A stretch of DNA of 64,000 nt from Mobula hypostoma (taxonomy: Eukaryota), in NCBI RefSeq assembly GCF_963921235.1, contig NC_086108.1:104596001-104660000 (forward strand). The letters are read 5' to 3'. Every line of letters begins with the position of its first letter. The first letter of the stretch is position 1. The notes under the pieces are model-generated. The model saw only the letters and a program-made list of their open reading frames with translations. It searched no databases and was not told the DNA's origin. Of the stretch, positions 11,701 to 23,700 are shown piece after piece. The position numbers were made by a program, and so were the translations under genes.

Positions 11701-14700
11701 TCTGTGAGTGAGATTTGGAAATTAACGCTCATGGGCTTTCGACATTTTCCAGTGACTCAATCAAATCATAATTCATTAGCAAGGACAAATAAAAGTAAGG
11801 CAGGGACAAGTGGAGTGGCCATTGTTGGAGTAAGCAGTGTTAGAGTGGAGAGGCTTTGGCCCACCAGGCTTGGGTGAGGTACGTATCTGGTAAGTTTCTT
11901 CTTCTTCATTCTTTGTCTGTTAGTACATAATTAGTGCATTGAGAGTGGCTCCAGGGCTGTGTTGTGTCCTTTGTGTGAAATGTAGGAATTCTGGGAGACT
12001 TCCAGCCTCCTGGATAGCCACATCTGCACCAGGTACACCGAGCTGCAGCCCCTCAGAGAATGCGTTAAGAACTAGAGCTGCAGCTCACTGACCTTAGCCT
12101 CATACGGGGACTGAGGAAGTGATAGATAGAAATAATTACCTCCCTGTAACTCCTAAGTTGCAGGAGGCAAGAAAATGGGTGCATGTCAGGAGAGGGAAGG
12201 GAACTGGGCCGCCAGTATAGAATATCCCTACGGCTGTTCCCCTCAATAAGAAGTATAGCGTTTTGGATACCGTTGGGGAGGACGACCTACTGGAGCGCGC
12301 AGCAGTGACAGGATCTCTGGCACTGTGGCTTGGAAGGGAACGGGGAGAAGAGGACTGCAGTAGTGATATGGGATTCCTTAGAGTAGTAAGCATGAGATAC
12401 TGTGGATGTAATAGAGAGCATCGCCCGGATGGTATGCTACCTCCCAAGTGCCAGGGTCAGGTATGCCTGGGATCGGTCCCACAGCATCCTAAAGGGGGAG
12501 GATGAGCAACCGGAAGTCCTGGTACATATTGGCACCAATGACATAGGGAGGAAAATGGAGTTCAAAAGCAGGAACTCCTCCGGGGAAGTAATCTCTGGAT
12601 TGCTGCCTGTGCCACACTCCAGTGAGGATAAGAATAGATGATTTGGTCTATGAATGCTTGGCTGAGGAATTGGTGCAGGGGTGGGGGGGCAGGGTTTCAG
12701 ATTTCTGGATTATTGACTTGAACAAGAATGCGGGTTACACCCGTACCTGAAGGGGGCCAATATCCTTGCAGGCAGGTTTGCTAGAGCTGTTGGGGAGGGT
12801 TTGAAATTTGCCAGGGAGATGGTAAACAGTGATAGGGGTGAGGATGGGGCAGTTGATATATAAACAGAGGCAACGTGTGGTGAGATTGTCAGGAAGGCCA
12901 GGAGATGATAGGACAAAATTGTGGTTGGTGGGTAAGTTGCAGCATTGATAGGTTCTTGATTAGTTAGAGCGAGAAAGATTACAGGGAGATGGCAGGAGAA
13001 CGAGGTTGAGAGGGAAATGGGTCAGCCATGATCAAATGATGGAACAGACTCAGTGGACTGAATTCTCCTCCTATGTCTTTTGGTCATATTGTTAATACAC
13101 CCAACGATGTGCTGAGGGCAAATACCCAATCTTCTAATCTCAGGCAGGCCACTTTCTCTGGCCTCCAACCTCCAGAAGATTTGTGGACTTGTAGATATTG
13201 GGCCTTCGACATCCCCAGTAGATTTGTAGACTTTGGGCCTTCGACATCCCCAGTAGATTCGTAGACATTGGGCCTTCAACATCCCCAGCAGATTTGTGGA
13301 CTTTGGGCCTTCGACTTCCCCAGTAGATTTGTAGACATAGGGCTTCGACATCCCCAGTAGATTCGTAGACTTTGGGCCTTCGACATCCCCAGCAGATTTG
13401 TAGACTTTGGGCCTTCGACTTCTCCAGTAGGTTTGTAGACATTGGGCCTTCGACATCCCCAGTAGATTCGTAGACTTTGGGCCTTCGACATCCCCAGTGG
13501 ACTTGTAGACTTTGGGCCTTCGACATCCCCAGTAGATTCGTAGACTTTGGGCCTTCGACATCCCCAGTGGACTTGTAGACTTTGGGCCTTCGACCTCCCC
13601 AGTAGATTCGTAGACTTTGGGCCTTCGACATCCCCAGCAGATTTGTAGACTTTGGGCCTTCGACATCCCCTGTAGATTCACAGATATTAGGCCTTTGATA
13701 TCCCCAGCAGACTCGCAGAGATTTGCAGTCTTGGGGCTCTGGCCGTCAGGCCTAATTTTTGGGCTTCCGATCAACTTTCGGTCTTTGATCTGAACTTCCG
13801 ATCAATCGCCTACTGAGTGCTAACATTGAAAGGGTGGCAGGAAATATCACCCCACCCCCACCACTCACTCTTCAACCACAGTGCTATCCTCAAGATCCAG
13901 TCTTCCAACCCATTTCTCTCACCTTGCGTGGCTCCCTCTTGCCGATGTTACGCAAGGCCATCACAGCCTCCATCTGGACTCTGTTTGAGACGCTGTTGGC
14001 AGAACTGCTGAATCCTGGCAGGAGCTTCTGGATGCGCTTCAGGCTGGCTGGCTGGCCTGCATTGCCAATGGCTTTGAGAGCCAGGATTATTTCTTCTTCA
14101 TGACCCCTGCTGCCAGCTTCAACTACAAGGTCATGGATTGGCTGCAGAGAAAAGAAGACACGGTAATATAGTGGATAGCATAGCACTATTACAGTGCTAG
14201 TGACCCGGGTTCAAATCCCACCACAGCAAATCATGAACACAGGGGATTCTGCAGCTGTTGGAATTCCAGATTAACACACACAAAATGCAGCATCTGTGCA
14301 AAGGAATTAAAAAGTCCTGATAGGGGGTCTCGGCCCCAAACGTCAAATCTTTATTCCTTTCCAGAGATGCTACCTGATCCAGCATTTTGTGTGTGTTGGT
14401 CTGTAAGGAGTTTGTACGTTCTCCCCATAACCGCATGGGTCTTCTCTGGGTGCTCTGGTTTCCTCCCACATTCCAAAGCTGTATGGGTTAGCAGGTAGTT
14501 GGTCACATGGGACTAATTGGGCAGTATGAGCTCATTGGGCACAAAAGAGCCTGTTACCAGGCTGCACCTCTCAATAAAATTTAAAATAAGACGAGAATTC
14601 AATGACAAAGCACATCGACAGAGACCACAAACAAGAGAAAATCTGCAGGTGTTGAAAATCAGAGCAACACATACAAAATACAAGAGAAGTAGTCCTTATG

Positions 14701-17700
14701 AAGAGTTTCGGCCCGACACGTCGACTGTACTTTTTTCCATAGGTGCTGCCTGGCCTGCTGAGTTCCTCCAGCATTTTGTCTGTGTGTTGCTCGGCAGAGA
14801 CCAGTACAGCAAGGGAACAGGCCCTAGGAGCCACAATGTTGTGCCGATCAGATGTACAACTAACCTAGTGTCTTCTGCCTACATATTGTGCATATCCTTT
14901 CAATTCCTGCACGTTCACCTCCCCATCCAAGAATGCCTCCTTCATGTTTGCCTTCACATATTTCAGGTACCCAGCACACTCTGTGCTAAAAAAAAAAAAC
15001 TGACCCACAAAAATTTCCTTTGAACTTAACCCCCTCTCACCTTAAATGTATAAAACATAAAAATTAACAGCAGGGGCAGATCACCTGCCCTACCATTCAT
15101 ACTCACATCCTTCTACAGATGTACAGTAAAGAATATCCTAACAAGCTGCATCACTACATGATACAGAAACTACAGCAGACAGAAAGGCTCTCCAATGGGT
15201 GGTCAAAACCACCCAAGTTACTGGTACTGCCAGGATAATCAAGGACACGACCCACCAGCCAACAGACTTTATGTCCCTCTTCCCTCCAGGAGAAGGTTCA
15301 GGAGCTTGAAGACTCGTACGGCCAGATTTGGGAACAGCTTTTTTCCAACTGTGATAGGACAGCCGAACGGATCCTGACCCAGATCTGGGCCGTACCCTCC
15401 AAATATCCGGACCTGCCTCTCGGTTTCTTTGCACTACCTTACTTCCCATTTTTCTATTTTCTATTTATGATTTACAATTTAAATTTTTAATATTTACTAA
15501 TTTTAACTATTTTTAATATCTTTAATATTTAATATTTGTAATCCAGGGAGTGTGAAGCGCAGAATCAAAGATCGCTATGATCATTGTACGTTCTAGTACC
15601 AATTGTTTGGTGACAATAAAGTATAAAGTGTAAGGTATATATACCAGGCCACCCACCATTAGGGACACATACACAGAATGGTACCAGTGACACCAGGAGG
15701 ATTCCCACCCACCCAGCTCAGGGACTGTTTGTCCCACTCCCATCAGGAAGGAGGCTACGTAGCATCCACACCAGGACCACTAGATACAAAAACAGTTACA
15801 TTCCCCAAGCAGTGGAGCTAATCAACACCTCCACTCACTAACTCACCCCTCCACACCACCCCCCACCAGCACTACTTTATCATTTCCTGTCAATCACCTT
15901 ATCTACAGACACTTTATGCCTAGTGTCACTTTATGGATATTCAATCAATCTATGTATATGAGCTACCTTATGCATTTATATTTATTTATTCTTGTGGTAT
16001 TTATCTTCTGTGTTTTTTTTGTGCTGATCCAGAGTAACAATTATTTCATCCTTCTTTACATTTGTGTACTGGAAATGAATCTTGAATCGGGCGCAAGCAA
16101 AATGCTTGGTATGAAACTGCACTTTCTAGATGTAACAGTGAATTCTCTTCTGTCTATGAGATCAGGATGAGTATTTCTACAAGGACCATTATAGAAACCA
16201 TCCCCATTTCTCCACACTCTCATGCAATCAACCAGACCAGGTTTCCGATACTCACATACCTTGATAGCCTGGTCAGGACAAATCTGGACTCTCGAGCAGT
16301 ATTTCTGCACCAAAGATCCATATGAGAGCAAGGTGATTTTGCGAAGGAAGGGGTTCTTGTTCATGTAAGGGCTGGACAGAAATTCCTTAAAAAAACAGAA
16401 ATGTTCACTAACATAAGAGATTCTACAGTAGCTGGCAATCCAAAGTTCAAAGTAACTTTATTATCAAAGTTTATTATCAAACTTTATTATGGTTGTCACC
16501 TTATACAACCCTGGCATTTATTTTCTTGCAGGCATACTCAATAAATCCAAGAACCATAATAGAGTCAATGAAACAGGACGGGCAAACACCCAATTTGTAA
16601 AACACAACAAACTGTGTAAATATGTAAGGACAGGACGGGCAAACACCCAATTTGTAAAACACAACAAACTGTATAAATATGTAAGAAAAAAGGAATAAAA
16701 AAGCAAAAAATATTGAGAACATGAGATGAAGTGTCCTTGAATATGAGGAACAGTTCAATGATGGGGCAAGTGAAGTTGAGTGAGGTTATCAACTCTAGTT
16801 CAAGGGCCTGATGGCTGAGGGGTAATAACTGTTCCTGAACCTGGTGATGTGAATCCTAAGGCTCCTGTACTTTCTTCCTGATGGCAGCAGCAAGAAGAGA
16901 CCCGAGAGGTGGAGGTCCCTGATGATGGATGCTACTTTTCTGCGACAATGGTCCACGTAGATTGTCCTCATTGGTGGGGAAGGCTTTACTCGTGATGGAC
17001 TGGGCTATATTCATTACTTTCTGAGCATCTTCCGTTCAAGGGTATTGGTGTTTCCATAACAGGCTGTGATGCAGCCAGTCAATACATGCCCCACACACAT
17101 TTATAGGTTTGTCAAAGTTTTAGATGTCATGCCGAATCTTTGCAATTCTCTAATGAAGTAAAGGCATTGCCATGCTTTCTTCATTATTGCACTTAAGTGC
17201 TGGGCCCAGGACAGGTCCTCTGAAATGATAACACCCAGGAATTTAAACTTGCTGACCTTTTCCACCTCTGATCCCCTGACAAGGACTGGATCATGACTTC
17301 CTCCTTCCGAGGTCATTAATCAGCTCCTTGGTCTTGCTGACATCAAGTCCAGAGCAATACACACAAAATGCTGGAGGAACTCAGCAGGTCAGGCAGCGTC
17401 TATGCAAATAAACGGTCGATGTTTTGGGCCTCTTCTTCCCCCTTTCTTTCCACTCTAGATGAAAGCTCTCGGCTTGAAATGTTGAATGTTTATTCGTTTC
17501 CAAAGTTGCTGACTGACCTGCTGAGCTCTTCGTCCATTTTGTGTGTGTTACACGGAGATGTTCACTGTCACTTTAGTGCATAAGAACCAGGAGGCAAGTT
17601 TCACTCTTCTGATGAGTTTTTCACACAGGAAGTGGATCTCTTACCTTGAAGACTACAGAATCCTCAGATTAATCGAGGAAGGAACATCCATCATCAAATA

Positions 17701-20700
17701 TCTCCACCACCTAGGCCATATGATCTTCTCACTGGGCAGGAGGTACAGATGCCTGAAGTCCCACACCACTAGTTTAAATAGCAACTTCCCTTTGACCATT
17801 CAAATCCAGTAACAACCCGCACAACCCGAACCATTATGCAAGTGTAGCAACACTGTCACCACTTTATGTAACAATGAATTTGTTTCTGTTCCCTTTATGT
17901 TCTTTTTACAATGCTGTATAAGTTACGTTTTTCTTGTGAATGTTGTGGATCAGTTGTAATGAACCTATGATGCTGCTGAGGCCTGTTTCACCTTGTTTGT
18001 CAGTGATTTAAATAATGGAATTGATGGCCTTGTGGCAAAGTTTGCAGATGATACCAAGACAGGTGGAGGGGTAGGTAGTGCTGAAGAAGCAATGGGATTA
18101 CAGCAGGACTTAGATAAATTGGAAGAATGGGCAAAAAGAGGCAGATGGAAATATATTGTTGGGCAATGTATGATAATGCATTTTGATAGAAGGAATAATA
18201 GTGCAGACTATTATCTAAGTGGGGAGAAAATTCAAACATCAGATGTGCAAAGGGACTCAGGAGTCCTCGTGCAAGACTCCCAGAAGATTAATTTACATTT
18301 TGAGTCTGTGGTAAAGAAGGTAAATGCAATGTTGGGATTTATTTCAAGAGGAATAGAATATAAAAACAAGGGGACAATCTGAAACTTTTCAAGACTTTGG
18401 TCAGGCCACACTTGGAATATTGTCAACAGTTTTGGGAGAACAGAGTCCAGTGGAGGTTCATGAGGGTGATTCCAGGAATGAAGTGGTTAACATATGAGGA
18501 GCACTTGGCTTTGGGCCTGTACTCTCTGGAATTTAGAAGAATGTGGGGGGATCCCGCAGAAACATACCAAATACTGAAAGGACTAGATAGGGTGGATGTA
18601 GAGAAGATGTTTCCTATGGTGGGGGTATCCAGAACTAGAGAGCACAGCCTCAAAATTGAGAGGTAACCTTTTAGAACAGAGGTAAGGAGGAATTTTTTTA
18701 GCTGGAGAGTAGTGAATTTGTGGAATGCTCCGCCACAGACTGTAAGTGAATGCCAAGTCCATGGGTATATTTAAAGCAGAAGTGGATAGTTTCCTGATTG
18801 GCCAGGGCATCAAAGGAAATGGCGAGAAGGCAGGTGTGTGGGGTTGAGTGGGATCCAGGATCAGCCATGATGGAATGGCAGAGCAGACTTGATGGGCTGA
18901 ATGGCCTAATTCTGCTCCTATAGCTTATGGACTGTCGCTGTACGTGGATGGGTGGGAGGTATGAAAGGGGCTTGTTTTGCTGTTATTTTGCTGTTGTTTT
19001 GCTATTATTTTTCTGTACTCAGCCTGTTGACCCTTCACCATCTACACCTCAGACTTCATATACAATTCAGAGACCTGCCACCTACAGGCGATTCGACAGT
19101 TGTGGGCCGTATCAGCCGGGGTCAACAGGCTGAGCACAGTAGAGCGGCGGACAACTTTGTTGAGTGGTGTGGGCTGAATCGCCTGCAGCTCAAGATCACT
19201 GAGACAAAGGAGTTAGTGGTGGACTTCAGGAAGGTGAAAACACCCTGATTTCCCATCTCCATCAAGAGAATAGATGTGGAAGTCATTTGGGACTATGAAT
19301 ACCTGGAAACCCACCTGGACAAGAAACTGGACTGGACTAAAAATACAGGGGCTCTGCACAAGCAGGGACAGAGCTGTCCGTACTTCCTGAGGAGGTTCTG
19401 GTCATTCAATGTCTGCAGTGCTATGCTGCAGATGTTCTATGGCTCAGTGGGAGCCAGCATCCTATTCTACACAGTAGTCTGCTGGGGCCGCAGGGTGAGA
19501 GCTGCTGGCGCCAACAAGATCGACAGGTTCGCCAGGAAGACTTTTCTCTTTGGAGCAAAGGAGGATGACAGATGACTTGATAGAGGAGTACAAGATAATA
19601 AGAGGCACAGATTGAGTGGACAGCCAGGGACTTTTTCCCAGGGTGGAAACGGCTAATACAAGAAGCATCATTTTAAGGTGACTGGATGAAATAATAGGGA
19701 CAGATATCAAAGTTAAGTTCTTTATGCTGCGAGTGGTGGGTGCAAATAGAGGTAGAGGCAAATACGTTAGGAGCACTTAAGAGGTTCTTAGATAGACACA
19801 CGAATGATAAAGAAAAATGGAACGAAGAGTTCAATTGATCTTAGGTCAGCACAACATTTTGGGCTGAAGAGCCTATACTGTGCTGGAATATTCTCCACTC
19901 AGTGGCCACTTTACTAGGTACACCTGTACACCTACTCCTTAATGTCAATCATGTGGCGGCAACTCAGTGCAGAAAAGCATGCTGACGTGGTCAAGAGGTT
20001 CAGTTGTTGTTCAGACTAAACATCAAAACGGGAAAGAAATGTGATCTAAGTGACTTTGACCGTGGAATGATTGTTGGTGCCAGATGGGGTGGTTTGACTA
20101 TCTCAGAAACTGCTGATGTCCTGGATTTTCATGCACTGCAGTCTCTGGAGTTTACAGAAAATGGTGCGAGAAACCAGAAAAAAGTCCTGTGAATGGCAGT
20201 TCCAGTTGACAGCTGACAGGAAAGGCAACAGTAACTCAAATAACTATGTGTTACAACAGTGGTGTGCAGAAGAACACCTCTGAATGCACAACACATCGAA
20301 CCTTGAAGTGGATGAGATACAGGAGAAGACTACAAACATACTCTCAGTGGCCAGTTTATTAGGTATAGGAGATACCGAATAAAGTAACCACCGAGTACAT
20401 GTTGTATGATCTATGATTGTAATCTCTTGCCCCTCTGGTTTAACCAGCGTCTATCTACCTTCTTCCATTTCCCTTTGAGGAAGAGAGTTCTAATGATTCC
20501 AGACCCTCTGAGTGACAGGGTCATTCGTCTAAAATGGGGAATTCTATGTTAACTCAGCACATAAAACAAAATATTACCATTAATAAGTTAAGAAAATATA
20601 ATTTAAAAATTTGCCTGTACTACACACTACAAGCATTTTGAATTATACTTTATTAACTTATTTGTGGTAATATTTTGTTTTATGTGCTGTGTGTGGTATA

Positions 20701-23700
20701 TGTTGTGTGGGTGCACCGTGATTTGATTCTGCGTTGTTATTGCTTTACCTTGTTCTGCCTCAATACATTGTTTAATGATTTGATCTGTATGAACCGTATG
20801 TAAGACAAGCTGTTCACTGTACCTCAGTCCATGTGACAATGATAAGCCAATTATCCAATGAACAAGCTTAGTGTGAATGGTGGGGAGTTAACTCAGACTT
20901 GTGTTCCTAGTATGTTAAAATGAACTCTTTGATTTCACAATTTACCTCATTATGATTTTGCACCTTACTGCCTATTTTTATTGGACTTTCTCTGTAACTG
21001 TAACAATTTATTCTGCATTCTGTTATTGTTTTACCTTGTACTACCTCAATGCAATGTGCAATCTATTGATTTGTATGAACCGTATGTGAGACAGATTTTT
21101 CACTCTACCTTGGTAAATATGACAATAATAAGCCTATCTACCAATGAATGACAGTGCCGGTGCAGAGCTAGGGGTGTAGTATATTGTGAACAGTGGGTTG
21201 TTAACTCAGATTTGGGTCCCGGTGGGGTCCTGGTCCTCTAAGAGCAGAGAAGTGAATATTTACCGTAGCATTGTCCACACCGTGACAGTCAGGTTTGATG
21301 GAGTGCAGGACAAAAAACAGTGCTTGGGCTGCCTCGATCTGCGAAAGTTCGTCCTGTTCAATTTTGTTTCGGATGAATTGAATAGCATCTTGAGTTGCAG
21401 TGATGGAGATGCTGTCCAGAATCCACTGCCTACATACACAGGAAAACAGATTTGAGACAGAGTACATCCGTTCATCCATTCAGTGGCCACTTTATTAGGT
21501 ACACCTGAACACCTGTTTGTTAATGCAAATACTGTCGGCCCTCCGTATCAGCGAGTTCTGCATCTGCGGATTCAACCAACCGCAGATCGAAAATATTCGA
21601 AAAAAAGTTCCAGGAAGTTGCAAAAAGCAAAACTTGAATTTGCTGCGCGCTGAGCACTACACTGAATCTACGCGAAAGAAGTGATGTGTAGGCATGCCCT
21701 GTTGTAGCCTCCCACCATTTCACAGATCCTCAGTCTCTCTCCAACACTCGTTGTCTGAGCATTGTTCGCCTCGCATCTCGTTCGTTCACTACTTGTGTTG
21801 TGAGCGGGAGGAGGGAGTTTAAGGCTAGTAAGGGATAGCTGGCTAGCTAGGTGAAGCGTTACAGCCTCAAGAACTTAAAGATCACAGGAGAATTGGCATC
21901 GGCTGATGCCGAGGCAGCATCAGCGTTCCCAGAAGAGCTACGATGGTTGCATCTGTACTGAACATGTACAGACTTTTATTTTCTCCTCATTATTCCCTAA
22001 ACAATACAGTATAACAACTATTTTACACAGCATTTACATTGTATTAGGCATTATAAGTAATCCAGAGATGATTTAAAGTATACGGGAGGATGTGCGTAGG
22101 TTATATGCAAATACTACGCTATTTTATGTAAGGGACTTGAGCATCCGCGGATTTTGGTATCCACAGGGGGTCCTGGAATGACTGTATCTAATCAGCCAAT
22201 CATCTGGCAGCAACTCAAAGCATAAAAGCATGCACACATGGTCAAGAAGTTCAGTTGTTGTTCAGACCAAACAGCATAATGGGGAAGAAATGTGATCTAA
22301 GTGACTTTGACTGTGAAATGTTTGTTGGTGTCTGATAGGGTGATTTGAGTATCTCAGAAACTGTTGATTTCCTGGGGTTTTCACACACAACAGTCTCTAG
22401 CGTTTACAGAGGATGCCGTGAGAAACAAAAAAAGCGTTCAATGAGTGGCAGTTCTGTTGGAGAAAATGTCTTGTTAATGAAAGGGATCAGAGGAGAATGG
22501 CCAGACTGGTTCAAGCTGGCAGGAAGGTGACAGTAACTCAAATACTAAGTGTTATGACTGTGGTGTGCAAAAGAGCATCTTTGAAAGTACAACACGTCAA
22601 ATCTGTAGCTTCTTGCATTGCGCATGGTGCTGCTACCCAACATCCACCTTCTATATACACAATACAATAAGCAGCAGGAGACCAGAAACACATACGCAGA
22701 GGCCACAACATCATTGACCAAAGGGGCCTGGACTGTGCGGTAATGTTCTATGTTATCTGCTGCTGAAATAACACCAGTGCATAGATTAGTTGTGTATATG
22801 ACGGTAAACTCAACTTTATTTATTTATTAGGCTTGTCTTTGAAGTTGCTGGAGATGGAATAAGAGTGTCTGTGGTCGCATGAACAGAAAGCTTGTTAATG
22901 GCACAAAACAGAGAGATTGCTCTTTGGTCTGGAGGGAAAGGTACAGTGAGGTTTCCTTGGGGTTGACACTGGGGCAGCGCTTTTCTCTCTGTATGTTAAT
23001 GATGTGTTTTATTGAGCACCACTTTCAAATTTAAAGATGACAGGAAATGCAAAAATGTAGTGAACTGTGAGTGCAATATTTAATAATTTTATTTATTTCT
23101 CTATCTATCTATCTATCTACCTATCTGTCCATCTATCTGTCTATTTATTTAGAGATACAGCGTGGAAAAGGCCTTTCTGGCCCAAAGATCTGCCTCACCC
23201 AGCATCTCACTTTTTTAACACTGACCTAATCACAGGACAATTTTCAATGGCCAATGAATCTACTAACAGGTATGAATTTGGACTGTGGGAGGAAACCAGA
23301 GCACCCAGTGTAGACCCACAGTGTCGCTGAGAGGGCACACAGACAACAGTGGCAATTGAACCTGGTTTCCTGTCGCTGTCATAGCGTTACACTGGAATTG
23401 TATTCCGAACTCCAAAGTGCCCCAAGCTGTAACAGTGTTGTGCTACTGTGATGACCCAACAGTAAAATTAAATCAAAATAGGACATACATGATAAATGGT
23501 AGAGCATTGAAGAACGCAGTAGAACAGAGGGATCTAGGAATAATGGTGCATAGTTCCCTGAAGGTGGAATCTCATGTGGATAGGGTGGGGAAGAAAGCTT
23601 TTGGTATGCTGGCCTTTATAAATCAGAGCATTGAGTATAGGAGTTGGGATGTAATGTTGAAATTGTACAAGGCATTGGTGAGGCCAAATTTGGAGTATTG

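Noticed and set aside
13186..13709. CRISPR array (35-bp repeats)
   Set aside because: Units abut with no unique spacers, there are no cas genes, and the context is a vertebrate intron.
13022..13774. 250-aa repetitive ORF as a novel protein
   Set aside because: Artefact of a stop-free 35-bp repeat cycling through frames; no ATG start or splice support.
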